Positions 10,288-19,099 of a stretch of 28,491 bases of DNA are shown piece after piece. This DNA is from an uncultured archaeon (lineage in GTDB: Archaea; Asgardarchaeota; Jordiarchaeia; Jordiarchaeales; Jordiarchaeaceae). The first letter of the stretch is position 1. Every line of letters begins with the position of its first letter. The notes below the pieces were generated by a model. The model made no database searches. It saw only the letters and a program-made list of their open reading frames with translations, and had not been told where the DNA came from. The stretch spans positions 1 through 28,491 of the forward strand of contig CAZECW010000028.1 of assembly GCA_964510585.1 (NCBI GenBank), read 5' to 3'. Made by a program: the position numbers and the translations under genes.

Positions 10288-10338
10288 CCGACTACTTCCC
10301 ACTAAAGTCGAGATCCTTGTCGCCAACAGTTTTGTAAA
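10288..10338 (-). mobile_element. Degenerate second IS200/IS605-type left end (solo scar)
   Basis: The minus strand TTTACAAAACTGTTGGCGACAAGGATCTCGACTTTAGTGGGAAGTAGTCGG aligns with the 88-142 end (TTTACAAAAC..TTGGCGA.AA.....CGACTTTAGT). The hairpin is partly eroded and no transposase is adjacent. Confidence 0.6.
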
Positions 10339-10676
10339 TATTTATCAAAATTTAAGGGGATAATCGGAGGAGAATCAAAGATTTTTGTGAATGCTGGCTT
10401 GTAATGGGAGGTTTCTTCGAAAAATTTTCCACTCTATGCGCAATTTTCCATCACTAAGGTACACTGTTTTAGATTATGAAGCTAGATTGAATTCTCAAAA
10501 ATTTGCAAACTGGTGTTACTCTTTACCTGCCCCGCTCATCTTTTGAGGGTAAAACTCCCGACCTCTGTTAAATGATTAATCCTCGCTTCCATAGGGGGGT
10601 TTACAACTGTTTCTTTTTCATCTCTCTCTTTTTACTCTTCCCTAACCTCAATGACTGTGATAGTATCTTGTTTAGT

Positions 10677-11619
10677 TTATTCCTGCGAACTCCCACACCT
10701 TGGGCAAAATAGTGCCCCCAGTGGCAGTCCTTCACTGCAGCATACACAGTATAAAACCCGCTGATTTCTTATTTTTTTGGCACTCGGTCGACATTTTTTA
10801 TTGGGGTTCGATTTCCTCTTTAAACTTCTCCATTTTCTCTCTAAATTCGTCAGCTTTGTCGAATTCTTCCTTGCCAATGCAGTGCTTTACTAAAGAGGCA
10901 TAAGAATTCATAATCTTTGAAACCTGTTTCTCTTCCGCTGTTAGGCCAAAATCTGCAAGAAAATCTTTAAGCTCATCTATCCTTGCTTCAGCATCATCAT
11001 AATTATCATCTTCTATACACTCATAGATGTCGTTAACGTAGGCGTCTGAAATTTTGGAGGCGCTTTCTTCACTGATGCTCAGATTGAATGTATCAGGAAA
11101 TCTTCTAAAAACCTCAATTATGTATTTAGCATCATCATACTCTCCTTCCTCAATAGACATACAGATATTCCCAGCGTAGGAGTCTGAAATTCTGAAGGCG
11201 CTTTCTTTGCTAATACTCAGATTGAATGTGTCAAGAAAGCTTCTAAAAACCTCAATTATGTAATAAACGAAGAAAGATGGTGTAAATATTGCACAGATCT
11301 TCTTAACGTAGGCGTCTGAAATTTTGGAGACGCTCTTCTCATCGATGGTAAGGTTGAAGTAATCAAGAAATTTCTTAATGTGCTTGAGTACGTTTTCAGC
11401 CGCGTCAAATTTATCATCACTTATCTTATCTAAAATATCAGAAACGTAAGCATCCAAGACTGGAGCAGCCTTTTCTAAATTAACATTCACTCCCTTCTAC
11501 CTTAACTTGTCTACTCGGAGCAAGAGCCTATCCAAATCATCGTATTCGCCTTTCCCAATACAATCAGCAATATTGTCCAGTAGTTCTGAAAGTTCATACT
11601 TATCAAGCTCTTTGCCCAT
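10677..11619 (-). pseudogene. Interrupted helical-repeat protein with C-terminal zinc ribbon
   Basis: ATG 11619 (AGGTGG RBS) gives MGKELDKYELSELLDNIADCIGKGEYDDLDRLLLRVDKLR. An in-frame TAG at 11497-11499 follows, then the 230-aa ORF with ~46-aa repeats. A zinc ribbon (YCVCCSEGLPLGALFCPRCG) lies in another frame at 10677-10750. Confidence 0.7.
10900..11460 (-). repeat. Intragenic tandem repeats, unit ~132-138 bp
   Basis: TTCTAAAAACCTCAATTATGTA occurs at 11103 and 11241 (138 bp apart). TTAACGTAGGCGTCTGAAATTTTGGAG occurs at 11033 and 11303 (270 bp apart). The protein unit is FLDxFNLSIxEESxSKISDAYV. Confidence 0.85.
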
Positions 11620-12191
11620 ATTTTCCTAACCACCTAAAGAATCAATGTTCAAAAATTAACAATTATCTATAAACATATTTTTTACAACTATAATATAAGT
11701 CTATTTCAACAAAAACATAGTGAATTAATCAAAATTTTATAAGCAATAGTAGAACCAGCCTAAGGTGATTGCGACTATGCAGCGAAGTCTAGGTTCGTCA
11801 TTTAGTAAATTTCCTTAGCTTGTTAAGTTGAGTTTTTTATTATGTTTTTAGCAAGCCTTATTTCATCTTCTCTCAGGTATCCTCCACGTAGGTTGATGCA
11901 AGGGCAGAGAGCCGACGGCGATCGAAGCCGTACCGTGGGAGTTCCTGTTGCCTTTGACATAGTTGTCAGCTCTTTTATGTGACGGTAACTCCTCTTCATA
12001 CAAATTTTTCTATTAACTCTCCATTTTTAATAAAAGTTTACTGGCGAGGGATAATAGCGTCCTACTCTTTTGTTCTTTTTTTGAGTGGTTTTGTAATTTT
12101 TTGCAACTTTACATTGTTAATTTGAAAAATTTTCAGAATATTGACATAATATTGAAAAAAAGTAAATTGTGCGTCAGCGTATGAGAGTAGT

Positions 12192-12220
12192 AACATTTAT
12201 ATGTTCTTAACAATTGTTAA
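12192..12220 (+). promoter_or_regulatory. Putative iscS promoter/operator: TATA-like box inside an AACAT/ATGTT inverted repeat, followed by a perfect 14-bp palindrome
   Basis: AACAT-TTAT-ATGTT at 12192-12205 and TTAACAATTGTTAA at 12207-12220, about 100 bp upstream of the iscS ATG. Confidence 0.45.
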
Positions 12221-12322
12221 ATTATCAGTGGCATTAACCAAAAAACAATATATAAATCGTTCTCAAAAGAAATCTAGCCCAAATAAAAATTTTTTAAATG
12301 AATGAATTTGGGGTGCTGAAGA

Positions 12323-13468
<1,146 letters not shown>

Positions 13469-13478
13469 GGTTACAAGC

Positions 13479-13847
13479 ATGTATAGTAAAAAGGTAATTG
13501 AACACTTTTCAAACCCTCGAAATGTTGGCGAAATTGACTCCCCTGACGGAGTAGGTTCCGTCGGAAATCCAGCAGACGGTGATACTGTCACTATTTATCT
13601 AAAAATAGAGGATAACGTAATAAAAGACGTCAAGTTCAAGGTCAAAGGATGCCCAGCAGCAATCGCATCTGCTAGCATGACAACAGAACTCGCAAAGGGA
13701 AAAACCATAGAGGAAGGCCTAAAAATTACCAGAGAGGATGTGGCAAGAGAATTAGGCGGTCTACCTGCAAAAAAGAACGAGTGCTCCAATCTAGGAGCAG
13801 CCGCTCTACATGCTGCGATCAAAAACTATCTCAACAAAAAATCATAA
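13479..13847 (+). CDS. iscU: IscU/NifU-like Fe-S scaffold, atypical ligand set
   Basis: MYSKKVIEHFSNPRNVG, GCPAAIASAS and LPAKKNECS; lies 10 bp after iscS. The first Cys is replaced (GNPADGD). Confidence 0.85.
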   Translation: MYSKKVIEHFSNPRNVGEIDSPDGVGSVGNPADGDTVTIYLKIEDNVIKDVKFKVKGCPAAIASASMTTELAKGKTIEEGLKITREDVARELGGLPAKKNECSNLGAAALHAAIKNYLNKKS

Positions 13848-13991
13848 AAAAAGCGGCAATAACATTCACTCAAATAATCTAAATAAAAGTAGGTACTTAA
13901 ATTTTTGGGGCGTGTTATAGTTTATGCGCAAAGTATATTTATTTCATAACACCCTTTTTAATGTAAAAAGTTTTTTGGAGGAGATAGGTGT

Positions 13992-15482
13992 TTGTCTCGT
14001 CTTGATGAAATTCGTGACTGGTGGAAGCCAGACGTAATTTCTCCGGAGAAGGTTAAGAAGTTCATAGACATGTACCCCATTTATAAGAATGATGCAGATT
14101 GTCCTGCTTTTAAGAGTCAGAAGGAGATTAGGGAGATTCAGAACAAGAATTTGCGTGCTCAACTGGAACTCTGCCAGCAGTATAGTCCCTACTATAGCAA
14201 GTTGTTCAAAGAGAAAAACATTGACATTTCCCAGATTAAAACCGTAGACGACTTGGAAAAACTTCCCCTTACCACAAAGATGGACTATATGAAGGCCCCC
14301 GACTCTTTTAAGCTTCGCTTAGCGGGTGTTCCGGGCAGACAAATTTTTGAGCTCATCGACTGGAACATTACAATGACCACGGGCACAACCTACGGCTTTC
14401 CAACGATTTTCTGGAACACAACCCACGATGAGTACGCCCTGCTACAGTTCCTCATTAGAAGCAGTAAAATCAGCTGGGGCACTCCAGACGACCGAATATT
14501 TAACTGTTTCCCCTTCGGCCCGGTTCCCCACATTGGCTATCTGCGTGCCATAACCGCCCCTCTGGCTATTGGAGCCTCCGTGTGTGCGGGCCATACAGGT
14601 ATGGCTTATCCCACGTTTCCTGTGCTTAGAAGAATGGATGAAGCCATATCTATTGCCGAGAACCACAAATGCACAATAATTATGGGGATTGCCAGCTACA
14701 TTCGCAGAATGATTATGCGGGCTGAGGAGCTGGAAGCAGACTTTTCCAATATACGTGCCATCCACGCTTTGGGCGAGCCTTGCCCAATGGGTATGCGCGA
14801 AGATATGCGTAAAAGGTTGAAGAATCTGGGAGCAGAAGACGTTTTTATACACAATGGGTGGGGCTTCACCGAATGTCAAGGTAGCCTTAGTGAGTGTACA
14901 GAGCTTGGCGGAAATCATAACCCCGATCCCGGCTTGTACTTCCTTGAGGTTGTGGATCCAGAGACCGGAGAGAGGAAGGCGGACGGTGAGGAGGGAGTGG
15001 CTGCTATTACTCATTTGAATAGGAGGGGCACGGTTCTTCTGCGCTACGTTTTGGGTGACATTGTTCGGATGACTCACGAGAGCTGTCCCCACTGTGGTAG
15101 GAATACGGAGCGGATTTTGCCGGTTTCTGGCAGTGTCTACGCCACTCGTACCAAGGAGCTGGTGAAGTTTAAGGGTACCCTCATTAATCCGGGAGTTCTT
15201 AAGGACGCTATTGAGAATGTGGGGGGTATTGCAGAGTACCAGATTGTTTTTACCAAGACTGACCCTAAGGATCCCTATAGTATGGATCAGTTAGTGCTCA
15301 AAGTGGCTCCTGTTCCCGATGTCAACCGTAAAGATTTGGAAGCGAAAATTAAGGATGCGGTTGCTAAGGCTGCTGAGATGAGTGCCAAAATAGAGTGGGT
15401 TGAGAAGCCAAGCGACATCTATGACCCCATGGTTTCCCTCAAAGCCACACGAGTAGTGGACGCCAGGCCCCCTCTAGAATAG
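13992..15482 (+). CDS. Phenylacetate-CoA ligase (PaaK)-family adenylate-forming enzyme
   Basis: DDLEKLPLTTK, P-loop variant TTGTTYG, WGFTE, LEVVDPETGE, LLRYVLGD, and C-terminal KATRVVD. TTG start after GGAGGAG. Confidence 0.85.
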   Translation: MSRLDEIRDWWKPDVISPEKVKKFIDMYPIYKNDADCPAFKSQKEIREIQNKNLRAQLELCQQYSPYYSKLFKEKNIDISQIKTVDDLEKLPLTTKMDYMKAPDSFKLRLAGVPGRQIFELIDWNITMTTGTTYGFPTIFWNTTHDEYALLQFLIRSSKISWGTPDDRIFNCFPFGPVPHIGYLRAITAPLAIGASVCAGHTGMAYPTFPVLRRMDEAISIAENHKCTIIMGIASYIRRMIMRAEELEADFSNIRAIHALGEPCPMGMREDMRKRLKNLGAEDVFIHNGWGFTECQGSLSECTELGGNHNPDPGLYFLEVVDPETGERKADGEEGVAAITHLNRRGTVLLRYVLGDIVRMTHESCPHCGRNTERILPVSGSVYATRTKELVKFKGTLINPGVLKDAIENVGGIAEYQIVFTKTDPKDPYSMDQLVLKVAPVPDVNRKDLEAKIKDAVAKAAEMSAKIEWVEKPSDIYDPMVSLKATRVVDARPPLE

Positions 15483-15533
15483 CGTTTTCCTTCCCACCCA
15501 CATTCCCCCTTTTTTAGGTCTGGGATTCTTTGG

Positions 15534-16067
15534 TTATTTTAGTGGTAGATAGATTTTGTATTCTATGGTTTCTGATATCCAGCTGGCTTTGAAGCCCAGT
15601 TTGTTTGTGATGTGGATTATTCTCTTGTTTTCGGGATTAATGTAGGCATATAGTCCCTTGACGCCCATTTTTCTGGCTACCTCAATGGTGTATTGGAGGA
15701 GTTGGGTTCCTATTCCTTTGTTCTGCCAGTTGTCGTGCACCACCATGGCAATCTCGGCTTCCCCGGTTAATCTGTCCACGTAGAATCGGGAGTCTGCAAT
15801 TATTTCTTCTTTCCCGTTTATTTTGACTAGGGCGACTAGTGCCATCTTGTCTTTGTAGTCTATTTCAGTCCACTTTTCCACAAGCCATCGGGTAATGGGT
15901 TTGCGTATTAGGAAGCGTAAATAGTTTGTTTCTTTGGAGAGGGTGCTATACATTTGGTACAGTTTTTCCCGGTCTTCGGGTTTTAGGGGTCTTACCAGTA
16001 CTTCGGTTCCATCCTTGGCTCTGATAACAGTTTGAAACTGTTCAGGATAGGTTGTGCTGCTTGCCAC
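15534..16067 (-). CDS. GNAT acetyltransferase (stand-alone Pat-like GNAT domain)
   Basis: KDGTEVLVRPLKPED, YLRF, AEIAMVVHDNWQNKGIGTQLL (acetyl-CoA motif QxxGxG), and ENKRII...KLGF. Confidence 0.88.
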   Translation of the reverse strand: MASSTTYPEQFQTVIRAKDGTEVLVRPLKPEDREKLYQMYSTLSKETNYLRFLIRKPITRWLVEKWTEIDYKDKMALVALVKINGKEEIIADSRFYVDRLTGEAEIAMVVHDNWQNKGIGTQLLQYTIEVARKMGVKGLYAYINPENKRIIHITNKLGFKASWISETIEYKIYLPLK

Positions 16068-16190
16068 TCCGGAAACCTCTGCGGGCGATTTTTACAGTAA
16101 AGTTGTGATGAATATGGTAGTGAGTTCTTCACCATCTAGAGGTGTTAGATGGCATATTGGTGAAATAGTTAACGTATTCCCTTATGGTCG

Positions 16191-16673
16191 TTATTGGGAG
16201 GCTTTTTCTGGTTTTTTTCCCTCCGTGATTATCCAGGGGCTTATAGGATTTTTTACCTCTGCGATGCTTTGGAAGTGTGGATGCATGAAGTGGGAATCGG
16301 CGGAATAAATTCTGGTAACAATTTCCTTTAAGGGATAGGCGACTAGGTAGTCATAGATGTGAATGTTTGATTCGACGCTGTCTTTCACCGCACTTATGAC
16401 TATGGGAAAGTCCAAGGGCTTTATGAAAAATTTTCCCTTCTCAAAATCCTCCAATAGCTTTAACCTTGAATCGACACTCAAATTTGATCTCCTGAGAACT
16501 TCTAGTATTTCACCAACCTGGTAACAGCTAAGGGCAATTCTTAGATTAGGATCACCTAATGTGGAGTATAAGAATTTCTTCGCCAGTTTATGGATTTCCC
16601 AGAATGGTTCTTCAACTGGTTTAACTAGGGCAAAATGCCAGATATTTGTGTCTATCAGAATAAAGCTAGACAT
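16191..16673 (-). CDS. vapC: PIN-domain ribonuclease toxin (VapC family)
   Basis: The acidic tetrad is present: ILIDTN, QVGEILE, HIYDYL, IYSADSHF. It overlaps the upstream antitoxin by 8 nt. Confidence 0.85.
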   Translation of the reverse strand: MSSFILIDTNIWHFALVKPVEEPFWEIHKLAKKFLYSTLGDPNLRIALSCYQVGEILEVLRRSNLSVDSRLKLLEDFEKGKFFIKPLDFPIVISAVKDSVESNIHIYDYLVAYPLKEIVTRIYSADSHFMHPHFQSIAEVKNPISPWIITEGKKPEKASQ

Positions 16674-16899
16674 CCTCTATTTCCTCAGCCTTTATCATGT
16701 CTTCAATGCTTTGCCTTTTGGGAGACTTCAACATTTTAGTTAAGTTGAGTTCTTCTGATACTGGACGCCTTATCCTTATTTCGTCTCCAATGACCGTTGC
16801 TTCACAGAAACCATTCTCAGGTAATTTCGCCCTATCTATAAGCTCCTTCGGAAGGTAAACTTTTCGACCAATTATTTTTACCCTCATTTTCCCAACCAA
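16666..16899 (-). CDS. AbrB/MazE-type antitoxin (VapB-like)
   Basis: RVKIIGRKVYLPKELIDRAKL...IGDEIRIR is a swapped-hairpin pattern with an acidic C-tail, directly upstream of the PIN gene. The start may be ATG 16887. Confidence 0.78.
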   Translation of the reverse strand: MVGKMRVKIIGRKVYLPKELIDRAKLPENGFCEATVIGDEIRIRRPVSEELNLTKMLKSPKRQSIEDMIKAEEIEDV

Positions 16900-17205
16900 A
16901 TTACCAAAAACATTACCAATATATAATTTTATCGTAAATACAGACTAAACAAAAGATTACCAAAAGCCCTGAATTTCCCCTCCAAATTCTTTCATCCACA
17001 CCCCACCCAACTTCTCCACTCCCCAAAGATTTCTTCCTCCCCCAAACAAATCTTCTAAAAACTCTACGTTTGCCCTTATCTCTATAATTTCTAATTGATG
17101 CCCCAAAGGAGAACAAAATATAAAATTATGCATTCAGCTACCAGTTTAGGAAAAATCTCTAAAAAATACTTCGAACCAGGTTTAATGCAAAGTTTTAAGG
17201 TGAAA

Positions 17206-17356
17206 ATTATATCTGACCAGTTTGATTTGTATTTTCTGGATCGGCCTGAGATTCTGAGTTTCATTTTCTATCCTCGGAGGGATTTTGGGGAATCAAGGGT
17301 GGGCACCACACACTTCATTGAGGTGGAGGAAGGAGTCGACATCGGCTGAAGATTTT
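17206..17356 (+). pseudogene. Duplicated, truncated 5' end of the alpha/beta hydrolase gene (direct repeat copy 1)
   Basis: 17239-17356 matches 18004-18121 at 115/118 nt. The start codon position reads ATA, and Cys TGC has become TGA (17347-17349). Confidence 0.9.
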
Positions 17357-17396
17357 GCTTTAATTGGATGGAAATAAGTTTTGGAGATCGGTAATA

Positions 17397-17700
17397 ATGG
17401 ATATTGTATGCTCAAAAAATAATGTTCCAATCCGATTATCAGAAGAAAGATGGTTTCATATTACAGAGGAGCACTCGGAGATGGCGGGTTATTACTATGA
17501 GGTTATTGAAAGTTTGGAGGAACCTGACGCTGTTTATGAGGGGGGGTGCAGGTGAATGTTTAGCTATAAAAGGGTTAGAAAAAGGTAAATACCTAGTGGT
17601 AGTATATAGAGAAGTAAGTAAAAATGATGGTTTTATTATTACCGCCTTTTTGACAAGAAGGAAAAGACAGTTTGAAAAGAGGCGTAGGATATGGCCATAA
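17397..17700 (+). pseudogene. Frameshifted putative toxin (RelE-fold/DUF4258-like) of a DUF2283 pair
   Basis: Two listed ORFs join into one 100-aa protein (IRLSEERWFHITEEH...EPDAVYEGG/AGECLAIK...YLVVVYRE...GFIITAF) if one G is removed from the G7 run at 17540-17546. Confidence 0.75.
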
Positions 17701-17927
17701 TTGAAGTTGAAAAAATATTAGCTCTTGTTCCTGGCTTGTTAAAGGTTCCAAGAGAAAGAATGTGGGTGACGTACGATAAAGATGCGGACGTTCTTTACAT
17801 AAACTTCAAGAAACCCAGCCACGCAGATGACTCTGAACTTACCGAAGAAGACATTATTATTCGATATGAGAAGGGAGAGGTGGTGGGAATCACTGTACTT
17901 AACGCAAGCAAAAGAAAAGCAAAATAG
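17691..17927 (+). CDS. DUF2283 domain protein (putative antitoxin)
   Basis: YDKDADVLYINF...DIIIRY..GEVVGITVLNAS is the DUF2283 signature. It overlaps the upstream gene by 10 nt. Confidence 0.88.
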   Translation: MAIIEVEKILALVPGLLKVPRERMWVTYDKDADVLYINFKKPSHADDSELTEEDIIIRYEKGEVVGITVLNASKRKAK

Positions 17928-17973
17928 TACCATATGCACAAACATGGATTCAAACCTTTAAGGGGGATGGTTA

Positions 17974-18762
17974 TTGTCTGATAGTGTTGATCTGTCTTTT
18001 CTTGATCGGCCTGAGATTCTGAGTTTTATTTTCTATCCTCGGAGGGATTTTGGGGAATCAAGGGTGGGCACCACATACTTCATTGAGGTGGAGGAAGGAG
18101 TCGACATCGGCTGCAGATTTTATTTGAGCGGAAAGGATAATCCCTCTATTCTTTATTTTCATGGGAATGGTGAAACGGTTGGCGATTATGACTGGGTTTC
18201 GCCAAGTTTTACCCGAAGGGGAATTAACCTTTTCGTTGCTGACTATAGAGGATATGGGGTGAGTGATGGCAGCCCAACCATTTCCAATTTGGTTAAAGAC
18301 GCCCACCCCATCTTTAAAGGGTTTAAAGAAATAGTTGCTCAAGAAAAATGCAGAAACAGTCTCTTCCTCATGGGACGCTCCTTGGGGAGTGTTCCCACTT
18401 TAGAGCTGGCTTACCACTATCAGGATGAGGTTAAGGGTTTAATTATTGAGAGTGGACCCGCTGACACCTTCAACATTCTTTTCAGCCTCTTCGGATTCGA
18501 AATCAGCCCCTCCCTGAGAGAAAAATTGGAAGCCGCCTCCAACAAGGCAAAAATCAGAGAAGTCCATATTCCAACCCTTATCATACACGCCGAACAGGAC
18601 TCACTAATTCCCCTAAGTGAGGGAAAAGCACTCTACCAAAACTCTGGGGCTAAAAACAAAGAACTCTACATCATACCAGGAGCCGACCACAACACATTAT
18701 GGCTAGTGGCAGGTGAAGAATATTACCAGAGAATAGAAGAATTCGTCAAAAAATACGGCTAA
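17974..18762 (+). CDS. Alpha/beta hydrolase (ABHD13/17-like)
   Basis: LYFHGNGE, DYRGYG, nucleophile GRSLG, IHAEQDSLIP (Asp) and GADHN (His). Confidence 0.92.
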   Translation: MSDSVDLSFLDRPEILSFIFYPRRDFGESRVGTTYFIEVEEGVDIGCRFYLSGKDNPSILYFHGNGETVGDYDWVSPSFTRRGINLFVADYRGYGVSDGSPTISNLVKDAHPIFKGFKEIVAQEKCRNSLFLMGRSLGSVPTLELAYHYQDEVKGLIIESGPADTFNILFSLFGFEISPSLREKLEAASNKAKIREVHIPTLIIHAEQDSLIPLSEGKALYQNSGAKNKELYIIPGADHNTLWLVAGEEYYQRIEEFVKKYG

Positions 18763-19026
18763 AAACACTTAGAACTCCTAAAAAATCATTCACGCCCTAC
18801 CACAGACTCAGCACAACACCCGTTAATACGCAATCTTCCACAGGTTCCATAAACCTATCCGGTAACTCTTAACAAATATTATCTCTTAAACAAAAAATTT
18901 TTGCAAAAAGACGCCGAAAGTAGACAACCACCCAAAAAATAAAATTAGAAAGTCCACTCAAAAAATGTAGATCAAACCATCCTTTAGCATCTTACCTCGG
19001 ATAAAATTAACCCAAATCAAATAAGT

Positions 19027-19049
19027 ATAAATAAATAAATAAATAAATA
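19027..19049 (+). repeat. (ATAA)5 microsatellite upstream of a BRE/TATA-like element
   Basis: ATAA x5 + ATA, followed by CGAAAATTTAATATA at about 19059-19073. Confidence 0.75.
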
Positions 19050-19099
19050 GTTTTATAGCGAAAATTTAATATATTTGTTGGGACTAAAAATTATAATGC

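Noticed and set aside
10900..11460. CRISPR array
   Set aside because: The repeats are in-frame coding units whose intervening sequence is also homologous. There are no unique spacers and no cas genes.
11905..11945. FMN riboswitch 3' half or group II intron domain V (GAGCCGACGG...TGGGAG)
   Set aside because: No matching 5' half or correct domain V stem; the resemblance is limited to a few words.
17347..17349. TGA aligned to a Cys codon (possible selenocysteine)
   Set aside because: It lies in the start-less duplicated fragment. Homology ends a few nt later and the frame closes soon after, so it is a simple TGC to TGA nonsense change.
16913..17349. ORFs 16913-17116 (-) and 17095-17349 (+) as real genes
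   Set aside because: The first is low-complexity promoter-region sequence. The second is an accidental extension of the duplicated hydrolase fragment.
15534..17927. Integron cassette array (GNAT + TA genes)
   Set aside because: Mixed gene orientations, no recognisable attC sites and no integrase.
17239..18121. Diversity-generating retroelement TR/VR pair
   Set aside because: Only three mismatches, not adenine-specific. The repeat is at a 5' end and no reverse transcriptase is present.
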